From a virus (Duplodnaviria > Heunggongvirae > Uroviricota > Caudoviricetes), in the IMG/VR virus record IMGVR_UViG_2802429220_000013: a stretch of DNA of 39,831 bases, one strand, 5' to 3'. The notes below the pieces were generated by a model. That model made no database searches and was not told the DNA's origin. It saw only the letters and a list, made by a program, of their open reading frames with translations. Positions within the stretch are counted from its first letter, which is position 1, and each line of letters opens with the position of its first letter. Made by a program: the position numbers and the translations under genes. Shown piece after piece: positions 1-8,143 of this stretch.

Positions 1-1248
1 ATGGCACTGAATATACCATTCAGAAATGTGTACTATCGTTTTGCATCCAGTTACTCATTTCTCTTTTTTATTTCCTGGTCGCTGTGGTGGTCGTTATACG
101 CTATTTGGCTGAAAGGACATCTAGGGTTGACTGGGACGGAATTAGGTACACTTTATTCGGTCAACCAGTTTACCAGTATTCTATTTATGATGGTCTACGG
201 CATCGTCCAGGATAAACTCGGTCTGAAGAAACCGCTTATCTGGTGTATGAGTTTCATCCTGGTCTTGACCGGACCGTTTATGATTTACGTTTATGAACCG
301 TTACTGCAAAGCAATTTTTCTGTAGGTCTAATTTTGGGGGCGCTCTTTTTTGGCTTGGGGTATCTGGCGGGCTGCGGTCTGCTTGATAGCTTCACCGAAA
401 AAATGGCACGAAATTTTCATTTCGAATATGGAACAGCGCGCGCCTGGGGATCTTTTGGCTATGCGATTGGCGCGTTCTTTGCTGGCATATTTTTCAGTAT
501 CAGTCCCCATATCAACTTCTGGTTGGTTTCGCTATTTGGCGCTGTATTTATGATGATCAACATGCGTTTTAAATATCAGGATCAGCAGTGCGTAGCGGCA
601 GATGCGGGAGGGGTAAAAAAAGAGGATTTTATTGCAGTTTTCAAGGATCGAAACTTCTGGATTTTCGTCATATTTATTGTGGGGACGTGGTCTTTCTATA
701 ACATTTTTGATCAACAGCTCTTTCCTGTTTTTTATGCAGGTTTATTCGAATCACACGATGTAGGAACGCGCCTGTATGGTTATCTCAACTCATTCCAGGT
801 TGTACTCGAAGCGCTGTGCATGGCCATTATTCCTTTCTTTGTTAATCGGGTAGGGCCAAAAAATGCATTACTTATCGGTGTTGTGATTATGGCGTTGCGT
901 ATTCTTTCCTGCGCACTGTTCGTTAATCCCTGGATTATTTCATTAGTGAAGCTGTTACATGCCATTGAGGTTCCACTGTGTGTCATTTCCGTCTTCAAAT
1001 ACAGCGTGGCAAACTTTGATAAGCGCCTGTCGTCGACGATCTTTCTGATTGGTTTTCAAATTGCCAGTTCGTTGGGGATTGTGTTGCTTTCAACGCCGAC
1101 TGGAATACTTTTTGACCATGCAGGTTACCAGACGGTTTTCTTCGTAATTTCGGGTATTGTCTGCCTGATGTTGTTATTTGGCATTTTCTTCCTGAGTAAA
1201 AAACGTGAGCAAATGGTGATGGAAACGCCTGTACCTTCTGCAATATAG
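1..1248 (+). CDS. cscB: Sucrose:H+ symporter CscB (LacY-family MFS permease), host gene
   Basis: 415-aa ORF; near-identical along its whole length to my recollection of E. coli CscB; multiple hydrophobic segments. csc locus is known to lie next to argW in sucrose-positive E. coli. Confidence 0.85.
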   Translation: MALNIPFRNVYYRFASSYSFLFFISWSLWWSLYAIWLKGHLGLTGTELGTLYSVNQFTSILFMMVYGIVQDKLGLKKPLIWCMSFILVLTGPFMIYVYEPLLQSNFSVGLILGALFFGLGYLAGCGLLDSFTEKMARNFHFEYGTARAWGSFGYAIGAFFAGIFFSISPHINFWLVSLFGAVFMMINMRFKYQDQQCVAADAGGVKKEDFIAVFKDRNFWIFVIFIVGTWSFYNIFDQQLFPVFYAGLFESHDVGTRLYGYLNSFQVVLEALCMAIIPFFVNRVGPKNALLIGVVIMALRILSCALFVNPWIISLVKLLHAIEVPLCVISVFKYSVANFDKRLSSTIFLIGFQIASSLGIVLLSTPTGILFDHAGYQTVFFVISGIVCLMLLFGIFFLSKKREQMVMETPVPSAI

Positions 1249-1677
1249 ACGTAAACTCTTTCCGGTTGTTGTCGATAGCTCTATATCCCTCAACCGGAAA
1301 ATAATAATACCCAAATGCTTAGCGCGGCTAATAATCGCCTAATCCAAACGCCTCATTCATGTTCTGGAACAGTCGCTCAAATGTACTCATGATACGCGGT
1401 TCGCTGATTTCCAGGAAATTGTCGTAATTCAGCGACCTGTCCCGTGTATCACGGGCCTGCTAATCCATCAAGGAATGCATTGCGGAGTGAAGTATCGAGT
1501 CAAGCCAGATTTCGCGATCAGGATTCTGTGTGATGATTACATTGCCAGGCCCGGGGCTGTTTAGTCATCGCCGCACAGTGCTGAGATTTCAACCTGTTGC
1601 AGGGAAAATGAGTAGATTTAGGGCAAGTGTGCTGCCAAACCCAACTTTTACGCGGGGAAGGTAGATTTCGTTGGAAG

Positions 1678-1698
1678 GATAAATGGTGTCCCCTGCAG
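1678..1698. repeat. att core copy at the int-distal prophage junction (gataaatggtgtcccctgcag)
   Basis: Exact 21-bp direct repeat of 38743-38763; contains the last 15 nt of argW (…CCTGCAGGGGACACCA) plus 6 flanking bp; sequence diverges on both sides. Confidence 0.8.
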
Positions 1699-1756
1699 AC
1701 ATCTACTTGACGCGACAGGGGATTGATTAGAATGGTGTTTTTTAGATGTGAGAAAT

Positions 1757-1777
1757 ATTTTACCCGCTATTTTACCC
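1757..1777 (+). promoter_or_regulatory. Two direct copies of ATTTTACCC; candidate integrase/excisionase arm-type binding sites
   Basis: Same 8-bp motif recurs three times (one direct, two inverted) at 38588-38632 on the other side of the att core; inference from repeat pattern only. Confidence 0.35.
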
Positions 1778-1972
1778 ATTGGCGCGGCTTAAGAGCTTAT
1801 TTTTGAATTCACAATGGTCACGATATAACCATCTTGCTCGCCCGTGGATAACTTTGGCTTTTGGCAGGTCGCCGGACTTAATCCGGTCATAGATGAAGGT
1901 TTTACCGAAGCCAGTATCGGCCATGATGAATTTCAAATCAACCAGTGAATCAGGCTGTAGTTCGTGTTGCAT
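1772..1972 (-). CDS. AlpA-family excisionase-like DNA-binding protein (putative Xis)
   Basis: 66 aa; HTH pattern typical of AlpA/Xis family (…GKTFIYDRIKSGDLPKAKVIHGRARWLYRDH…); sits beside the att core and arm repeats; GGAG RBS. Confidence 0.55.
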   Translation of the reverse strand: MQHELQPDSLVDLKFIMADTGFGKTFIYDRIKSGDLPKAKVIHGRARWLYRDHCEFKNKLLSRANG

Positions 1973-2010
1973 GAGTGCTATCTCCGAATAGGGAATCGAA
2001 CCTGCAAATC

Positions 2011-2040
2011 AGGCAATAAAAAACCGCCATCAGGCGGTTT
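2011..2040 (-). terminator. Rho-independent terminator (hairpin aaaccgcc/ggcggttt with flanking T/A runs)
   Basis: 8-bp stem, 4-nt loop, followed on minus strand by TTTTTT; overlaps stop codon of the 55-aa ORF. Confidence 0.5.
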
Positions 2041-2197
2041 GGTGTTCTTTCAGTTCTTCAATTCGAATATTTGTTACGTCTGCATGCGCTATCTGCGCCC
2101 ATATCATCCAGTGGTTATAGCAGTCGTTGATGTCCTCTGCTTCGATAACCCTGTTGAATGGTTCTCCATTCCATTCACCTGTGACTCGGAAGTGCAT
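2030..2197 (-). CDS. Hypothetical small protein (55 aa), not in the supplied ORF track
   Basis: ATG preceded by GGAG 9 nt upstream; ends inside terminator hairpin; same orientation as the early-left operon. Protein MHFRVTGEWNGEPFNRVIEAEDINDCYNHWMIWAQIAHADVTNIRIEELKEHQTA. Confidence 0.35.
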   Translation of the reverse strand: MHFRVTGEWNGEPFNRVIEAEDINDCYNHWMIWAQIAHADVTNIRIEELKEHQTA

Positions 2198-2355
2198 TTA
2201 TCATCTCCATAAAACAAAACTCGCCGTAGCGAGTTCAGATAAAAGAAATCCCCGCGAGTGCGAGGATTGTTATTGTCTTTTCTTCGTGCATTTGTCGTAC
2301 TTTCGGCACCATCCAGATAGGCACATCCGTCCGCAATTAACACATATAGGCCACA

Positions 2356-2637
2356 TCATTTTTCCTCTTTTGGTTTATGAATCTGAATGGTTATGCCGCT
2401 TTGAGTGGTGACAACAATGACAGAACCAGGCTGAAGGCTGTTAAGATTGAATGCTTCGTAAAACGAATCCAAGGCCAGCGCTTTTTTATTCTTTCGGTTC
2501 CACCAACGCCATCCCTTGCTACAGGCTACACTGACAATCCACTGCCCACTCCTGTAAGCCATATAAAACCAGATGAGCAAAACCTGAAGGAATGCTATCC
2601 AGTCAATAATCGTATATTTCGCGAAGGAGTCCATCAC
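2356..2637 (-). CDS. Hypothetical small membrane protein
   Basis: 93 aa with two hydrophobic segments; start overlaps stop of upstream gene (coupled). Confidence 0.4.
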   Translation of the reverse strand: MMDSFAKYTIIDWIAFLQVLLIWFYMAYRSGQWIVSVACSKGWRWWNRKNKKALALDSFYEAFNLNSLQPGSVIVVTTQSGITIQIHKPKEEK

Positions 2638-3134
2638 TTCACCTCCTGCTGCGGTGCTGCTGGCATTTCACACCAGTGCGTAACTGAGTGCGGATCCGGA
2701 TATTCGGTGCCATCATCCCAGCGATTGCCATTCCACATTGCAGACCACATCTCACCGTCTTCATACATGACCATTACCGGAATTAACTTATCCGGCATTC
2801 GCTCACTACAGCTTATCCAACCATCCGGAGTTACCGGCACTGGCTTGGCGGTATAAAGCGGTGTTATATCTGCCAGAAAATTACATGCTTTATGCAGCCG
2901 CACCCACCGTTCGACTTCTGCTTTGTCAGAATACATACCAGTGAACGTGTTATATTCACGGTCAATTTGCGTGAAAGTTACCTTCCACGCCACCGGTTCT
3001 GCTTCCAGCGATGCCAGAGCAATCCGTGCCAGTTCTTCCGCTTCTTCTGCTGGCAGTACAACGTTGCTACCAGGTCCGTATGTTTCGCGCCACTGCCTGA
3101 TTGTCAGCAGTCGCTCTTTGGTAATAGTGGTCAT
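2634..3134 (-). CDS. DUF551-type phage protein
   Basis: Start chosen at internal ATG with AAGGAG RBS directly after the upstream stop; C-terminal …VTHWCEMP… motif typical of DUF551 proteins. Confidence 0.55.
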   Translation of the reverse strand: MTTITKERLLTIRQWRETYGPGSNVVLPAEEAEELARIALASLEAEPVAWKVTFTQIDREYNTFTGMYSDKAEVERWVRLHKACNFLADITPLYTAKPVPVTPDGWISCSERMPDKLIPVMVMYEDGEMWSAMWNGNRWDDGTEYPDPHSVTHWCEMPAAPQQEVK

Positions 3135-3135
3135 A

Positions 3136-3690
3136 TCACTCTCCTTTGATGCGAATGCCAGCGGCGCGGATAGATTTCCATTGTCCCCACATTCGGTTGA
3201 AGTCTGTGCCTGATAAGGTCGCGTTACGGTATCCAGTTTCAGTGCGCAATCCTTCAAGCGTCGATTTGGAGATACAAATTGAATGCATTACCCATGATTC
3301 AAACAAATCACGCTCCCGGGCTTCGCAACTTTGCTTACTCATCTCTTCGATACGTTCAGCCATCGCAGCACACTCTTCAAAGTTACTTAATGCTTTTCGC
3401 TCCCATTCGGAGCATTGTTTTCCAAGCTCGGCAATCAGTTTGTCTTTGCCTTCCAGCTCGTCCAGCAACGCCTGCACTACTTCTGGGTTGAAAGCTGCGA
3501 TATAACGAGCGTTGTTCTCTGCGTTTTTCTGTCCATCAAAGCCGGTCCATTTGATAACGTCTTCACATCGTTTATCACCGGGCGTATGCACCGCATACGT
3601 CCCAGTACCCGGCGAAATAAATGCGACCCATTCGCTTTGTGTTGCCTGTTTTGCTATCTCACGCAGTGCCTGATAGTCAATCTTGTTCAT
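3136..3690 (-). CDS. Ead/Ea22-like early protein
   Basis: 184 aa; N-terminus MNKIDYQALREIAKQATQ… resembles Ead/Ea22-like prophage proteins (recalled, not verified). Confidence 0.45.
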   Translation of the reverse strand: MNKIDYQALREIAKQATQSEWVAFISPGTGTYAVHTPGDKRCEDVIKWTGFDGQKNAENNARYIAAFNPEVVQALLDELEGKDKLIAELGKQCSEWERKALSNFEECAAMAERIEEMSKQSCEARERDLFESWVMHSICISKSTLEGLRTETGYRNATLSGTDFNRMWGQWKSIRAAGIRIKGE

Positions 3691-3691
3691 G

Positions 3692-3991
3692 TCACATCAC
3701 CCTGAATCCGTTGCATTTACGTAAAAAATCGCAGATATAGCCCTTCATTTTTTCGTGCCAATCTCGATCATTCCCATTGCACCAACCATCAGGTGGAGTC
3801 CAGTTTTCTATCAGAGCAGCCATTTTCTTTGCTTTTGCAGGAGTAGCTGTTGCGGTATCGCAGTAATGACGAGTGTCGATCAACGTATCCATACCATCGA
3901 TATCAAGTACGCAAAACCATGTGTGATTCGGCATTTCAACAGATGGTATTTGTTGCCCACGTCGACGTTTATCAATAAGACATACAGTCAC
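3692..3991 (-). CDS. Hypothetical early protein (99 aa)
   Basis: ORF tightly packed in early-left operon; Cys/Trp-rich; no recognisable motif. Confidence 0.45.
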   Translation of the reverse strand: MTVCLIDKRRRGQQIPSVEMPNHTWFCVLDIDGMDTLIDTRHYCDTATATPAKAKKMAALIENWTPPDGWCNGNDRDWHEKMKGYICDFLRKCNGFRVM

Positions 3992-4464
3992 TTGTTGCCT
4001 CCTTCACGTAGCTCGGCGGCAAAAGCTACTGCGTGATCATGATGTTCAAGTGTGTATGCACACTCCGCAAACATCTCCACCCCCTGCGCACGTACTTCAG
4101 CCAGGAATGCGTCGGTGGCCGGGGTTTTGATTTCGTTAAGTGCATCACTGAATCCACCTCTCTCCATACCTAGCTCTGCTTCGTAATCGGCATCGAATGC
4201 AGCGTCTTTGCAGAACTTCTTCAGCCCCGCATTCTCCACCGCCAGCGCTGAAAACTTCTCGTGTGCCAACTTAACAGCCGAATAAGCCTGCTTAATTGAC
4301 TCAATCGCTCTCTGCTGGTCTTCGGACAGAGCCGAAATCTTGGCCTCCGCTTCAGCAAATTTACGCACCAGATATTCAGCGTTTGTTTCGTTGACCTTTA
4401 AATCTCGTGGGATGCATTTGCCTTTCAGAAAACCATCCATCTCAATTAGTGTCATTTGTTTCAT
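3988..4464 (-). CDS. Hypothetical early protein (158 aa)
   Basis: ORF with overlapping stop/start with neighbours; predicted helical, acidic. Confidence 0.45.
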   Translation of the reverse strand: MKQMTLIEMDGFLKGKCIPRDLKVNETNAEYLVRKFAEAEAKISALSEDQQRAIESIKQAYSAVKLAHEKFSALAVENAGLKKFCKDAAFDADYEAELGMERGGFSDALNEIKTPATDAFLAEVRAQGVEMFAECAYTLEHHDHAVAFAAELREGGNK

Positions 4465-4625
4465 TTCTTCCCACTCCGCAACATCGCATTCAGATATTTG
4501 TTGTCATTAACAGAACCGAAACTCTTTCGCTTAAGTAATTCCTCTCTCGATGGCATTGGCTTTACGCGTTGGCGAATAATCATTTCTGCCGGAAGAATGC
4601 CGGGATTGTATGCAAGTCCTCTCAT
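4464..4625 (-). CDS. Hypothetical small protein (53 aa), not in the supplied ORF track
   Basis: Fills the gap between two tracked ORFs with ATGA-type overlaps at both ends; basic protein [54 protein letters not shown]. Confidence 0.3.
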
Positions 4626-4903
4626 GATTTACTCTCCACGAACTGGTCAATAGCCATGCTAAGTGACACACCTAAAGTCTCGATATGCTGCTGAATATCC
4701 TGTAGCGTCTGCGCCTGAGATAACAGGATTTCACGGTTGCATAACTCTTTAACCAGATGCTCAAACTTGCTGTAATAACCGATACGACTGAGCGTTTCTT
4801 TCCCTGCATTCTCGCCTTCTTTGATAATTCCTCTTTCGCTAAGAATCAGGTCGTGTTTGGTTCCGGTAATAACGTATTTTCCGAGGTCGATGTTTAGCTT
4901 CAT
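4622..4903 (-). CDS. Hypothetical early protein (93 aa)
   Basis: ATG with GGAG RBS; position in early-left operon. Confidence 0.45.
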   Translation of the reverse strand: MKLNIDLGKYVITGTKHDLILSERGIIKEGENAGKETLSRIGYYSKFEHLVKELCNREILLSQAQTLQDIQQHIETLGVSLSMAIDQFVESKS

Positions 4904-4919
4904 TGTTAATTACTCCATG

Positions 4920-5234
4920 TTAATTTATTCGTATGCCTGCTCTTTCTTCATCGAGTTTTTTTAGCTTGTATCGCATAGCTCTTACTGAATAAATTGAGCG
5001 GCAGGTTGCAATTGCTATTTCTTCTGCGGAGAACTTACCGAAAAGTGATACTTCGGCTCTTGTCCATCGTCTTCCACGAAGTCGGCTAACAATGTCAGCG
5101 CCAATCCTTGTTGCTTTCGCCATTACTGCTTTTTCAGTCCTTTCCAGTTTTTCAGCGATAACTTCAACTGGCATTGTCGCCGCCACTTCGCGCAAGAAAT
5201 CGACTTCCCATTTCTCCCATGGAGTCTTTTTCAT
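4920..5234 (-). CDS. Hypothetical early protein with two repeated helix-rich motifs (possible DNA-binding)
   Basis: 104 aa; internal duplication of a W..E..FL/AEEIAIA… pattern; function not recognisable. Confidence 0.4.
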   Translation of the reverse strand: MKKTPWEKWEVDFLREVAATMPVEVIAEKLERTEKAVMAKATRIGADIVSRLRGRRWTRAEVSLFGKFSAEEIAIATCRSIYSVRAMRYKLKKLDEERAGIRIN

Positions 5235-5245
5235 AGGCGATACCG

Positions 5246-5728
5246 TTATTTGATAAGAAGTGAAGGTTTCCCAACTTTGAGTTGAGCGCCGGGGATATTT
5301 ATTCCTGCTTTTAGTTGGTGTTTGATTGCCAGTTTGTCGGCTTTAATTGTCGTTTCAAACTCAACGTATTCAGGAGGAAGGGCGCTTGAGTCGATGATTT
5401 CTACAGTTTCTGACGGTTTGCGGATTGTTACCTGGTGAATACCTGCTCTAATCTTTTTCTTGCCAACCATTTCAAGCGATGACGCTATATACGCCATAAT
5501 GCTGCCAATCTTATTTTGAATTACTGCGGCTCGCTCATTCAGTGACTTTGCCTCTTCCTTGAGGCGTTCAGCATAACCAGATTCATTTTTAATAATGGCA
5601 AGAAGTTGCTCTATTTTATCGGTAAATTCTCCTTCCATGCCTTCTATTGTGTCAGCAATCATCTCTGGTTCTAAATCTGAATCCATCAATTTTGCGTATT
5701 CATTGGCAATTTCATACAGTTTGCTCAC
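5246..5728 (-). CDS. Sipho_Gp157-like protein associated with the recombinase
   Basis: About 160 aa, coiled-coil rich, immediately downstream of recT. Start set at GTG with GGAGG 6 nt upstream (track begins at a TTG 6 nt earlier). Confidence 0.4.
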   Translation of the reverse strand: MSKLYEIANEYAKLMDSDLEPEMIADTIEGMEGEFTDKIEQLLAIIKNESGYAERLKEEAKSLNERAAVIQNKIGSIMAYIASSLEMVGKKKIRAGIHQVTIRKPSETVEIIDSSALPPEYVEFETTIKADKLAIKHQLKAGINIPGAQLKVGKPSLLIK

Positions 5729-6623
5729 TGGCAACCTCCAGTTTCGCTTTGCATTCTATGTAAATGGCTTGTACGTTCTGCTGCAATTTCATTCCAGATG
5801 TCAGGCGATATGCTTCTGCAAAATATCGCTTCAAATCATCCATGTTTTCTGCCTGAGCCATTTCATCGCAAAGAAGTTGTGCTTTATCCATTATTTCCTG
5901 CTGGCGTTTCCGTTCATCTTCGCGGATATCTTCCTCTGATTTGTGCGGCATAACTGGTTCGGTCCACACGCCTTCTTCTTCGTTTAGTACGTGAATAGCA
6001 CTATCAAGGCGTGATGCCTTAGGCCAATACTTGCTTGCACGCTTTACGACCGTCTTTCGCGCCATCTCATTCCAGTGATTTACCCATGGTCCTTTATCGC
6101 TGAATGCTGCCTTGCTTGTTTTCCTTACAGCCTCAATTTCAGCCAGACTCATCTCTTCCGTTAGATAATCACCTGCTGGCGTCTTAACTGTGCAGTAAAC
6201 GCCAACGATATCACCACGGTCACCGAAGGCGTTGTATTTATGGGTTGGTGCTTTATCAAGCCCGTTTGACTCATAGGTATCGTTAGCATGAACAAGTTTT
6301 GCCTGACCCCATGAGATAACACCAGACTCCATTGCAATATGGAGCAATCCCATATAGCTGATATCAAGGCACACCATGCCGTCGCGAGGAACCAGATAAG
6401 CCAGTTTGCTGGCCGGGTTTAAGGTGATGCCGATCGCCGCAACATTGATGATGGCGTTCTGTGCGCTGGTTGGATTTGCCAGTGCTGTTTTAGCCAGGTA
6501 ATCGTTTTTCTGGAAATACTGAATTGCAAACTGGCTTTCCTTAGCCCATGTCACCGTCTGTTCAGTCAATGCTCCGCAGAATAACTGCTCCTGCTGTTTA
6601 ACGAATTCAACGATATTGCTCAT
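5712..6623 (-). CDS. recT: RecT-family single-strand annealing recombinase
   Basis: 303 aa; motif GPWVNHWNEMARKTVVKRASKYWP matches the conserved RecT segment GPWVTHWEEMAKKTAIRRLFKYLP; GGAG RBS. Confidence 0.75.
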   Translation of the reverse strand: MSNIVEFVKQQEQLFCGALTEQTVTWAKESQFAIQYFQKNDYLAKTALANPTSAQNAIINVAAIGITLNPASKLAYLVPRDGMVCLDISYMGLLHIAMESGVISWGQAKLVHANDTYESNGLDKAPTHKYNAFGDRGDIVGVYCTVKTPAGDYLTEEMSLAEIEAVRKTSKAAFSDKGPWVNHWNEMARKTVVKRASKYWPKASRLDSAIHVLNEEEGVWTEPVMPHKSEEDIREDERKRQQEIMDKAQLLCDEMAQAENMDDLKRYFAEAYRLTSGMKLQQNVQAIYIECKAKLEVASEQTV

Positions 6624-6931
6624 GCAGCTTCTCCAAAAATGTGTCTGCGTTTGAATATTGCGAAGGCATATTCAGCCTTAACTCTTTCGGTTATTGCATC
6701 CCAGAACCATTCAGCGGCTTTTTTCTGATAGTTACAGTCATCATCTTCCAGCCAGTCGATAGCGTCCTTAGTGTGTTCATCTGGTTTATATGAGCGAAGC
6801 ATTTCGCTTATTGGGTCGCAACGTTTGCAGAGGCGATCAACTTCACTGTTGATTCGTTCGTAATCTTCATCAGTAAAACTTGCGATTATTTGCGATATTT
6901 CACGCTTATCATTCAGAGTCAGAATCATCAT
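6620..6931 (-). CDS. Hypothetical protein at the gam position
   Basis: 103 aa, acidic; lies between kil-like and recT where lambda has gam; no sequence similarity to lambda Gam recognised. Confidence 0.45.
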   Translation of the reverse strand: MMILTLNDKREISQIIASFTDEDYERINSEVDRLCKRCDPISEMLRSYKPDEHTKDAIDWLEDDDCNYQKKAAEWFWDAITERVKAEYAFAIFKRRHIFGEAA

Positions 6932-7012
6932 CTTTCTCCTGTTCTTTGTGCTGATTGAGCATTTCTTTCATCTGACGAATGAATTCTTCGTCTGACCAGT
7001 TATCTGTAAAAC

Positions 7013-7165
7013 TCATTTCCTGCGATACCACGGAAGGTTGATAGCTGATTTCATCGCTTTATTTGCTTCAAGCCACATTTTTGAATCACCAATAAACCTG
7101 GCTATTACTGCTTTGTTTTGTGCTGCACGAAGCATCTGGTGATTGATGGCTATTTCATTGCGCAT
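7013..7165 (-). CDS. kil: Kil-like small protein
   Basis: 50-aa ORF not in track; …IARFIGDSKMW… resembles my recollection of the lambda Kil motif IATFIGDEKMF; GGAGG RBS; overlaps cIII-like stop. Confidence 0.45.
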   Translation of the reverse strand: MRNEIAINHQMLRAAQNKAVIARFIGDSKMWLEANKAMKSAINLPWYRRK

Positions 7166-7284
7166 AACGCCTCCAGTTGTTTCTTTGCTGCTCTGATTAA
7201 TTGTTTAACTCGGCGTGATAATTCAGATTCGTGCGGGTAGAAAGCGGACATGACGCCGCTACCCGCGAGCTGAAAGTGCATCAT
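7150..7284 (-). CDS. cIII: cIII-like FtsH inhibitor
   Basis: 44 aa starting MMHFQLAGSGVMSAFYPHESELSRRVKQLIR…; AAGGAG RBS; pattern resembles lambdoid CIII proteins. Confidence 0.55.
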   Translation of the reverse strand: MMHFQLAGSGVMSAFYPHESELSRRVKQLIRAAKKQLEALCAMK

Positions 7285-7348
7285 GGGTAACTCCTTATAT
7301 TTGATTGCATAACGAAAACGCCTCGAATGAAGCGTTATTGGTATGCAT

Positions 7349-7374
7349 ATAAAAAGGCCCTCACACTGGAGGGC
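7349..7374 (-). terminator. Rho-independent terminator (tL-like) between the N-proximal gene and cIII
   Basis: Hairpin gccctc-cagtgt-gagggc followed by CTTTTTA on the minus strand. Confidence 0.45.
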
Positions 7375-7508
7375 AAAGAAGATTTCCAATAATCAGAACA
7401 AGTCGGCTCCTGTTTGGTTACGAGCGACATTGCTCCGTGTATTCACTCGTTGGAATGAATACACAGTGCAGTGTTTATTCTGTTGTTTATGTCAAAAATA
7501 AAGGCCGA

Positions 7509-8132
7509 CTATGCGGCCTCGGAAGGAAGTCCAATCATCTTATTCAAATCTTCTACCCGTAAAGCAGGAAGTGCTGTACTTGCTTTATCTGCTTCTTTTG
7601 GTAGCAATTCTTTGCTTTCAGGCCAAACCTCAATAAGTCGCTTAACTGTTGTGACTGAGTTCAAAGCAGCCCATACATTTGATTCGATATCCTTTTTCTT
7701 GGCTTCAAGTTTTTGTTGCAATGCGCAGATTTCATCAAACCTTTTTGTTATTTCGTGTTCTGCGCTAAACATGCATTTATCTTTGTTCGGAGTAGGGAGC
7801 AATATATCTTCGCCGTTGCCGTCTTTCCCATATGAAAGCCATCCAACCCTTCTGCCAGATACAGTCAGATAAATTGAAGTAGAACGAACATCGTATGAGT
7901 AAAATGAACATCCAATCTTTCCAAGTTCTTCACTTATAGCTACCAACTTGGATGATAACTGATTCACTTCCTCAGTTTTCTTTTTACCGCCAAACGCAAT
8001 AACTCTGGCGTCAAGTGCAAGCTGGTTCTTTAACTTTGTTACTTCTTCAAGTTCAGTGAAAACCCCAGACTTAATTAAAGCGTTACGAGCGATTTCCTCT
8101 TTCATTCTCGTAGTTAAGCGGATTGATGACAT
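7509..8132 (-). CDS. Hypothetical 207-aa protein immediately downstream of N (ral/sieB slot)
   Basis: Internal ATG with GAGAGGAATTAAT RBS 12 nt after the N stop; hydrophilic, no TM segments; no family recognised. Confidence 0.55.
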   Translation of the reverse strand: MSSIRLTTRMKEEIARNALIKSGVFTELEEVTKLKNQLALDARVIAFGGKKKTEEVNQLSSKLVAISEELGKIGCSFYSYDVRSTSIYLTVSGRRVGWLSYGKDGNGEDILLPTPNKDKCMFSAEHEITKRFDEICALQQKLEAKKKDIESNVWAALNSVTTVKRLIEVWPESKELLPKEADKASTALPALRVEDLNKMIGLPSEAA

Positions 8133-8143
8133 ATTAATTCCTC

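Noticed and set aside
1964-2212. 82-aa plus-strand ORF near xis (and overlapping 2104-2343, 2127-2411 ORFs)
   Set aside because: Antisense to a better-supported minus-strand 55-aa ORF with RBS and terminator; orientation inconsistent with the leftward operon.
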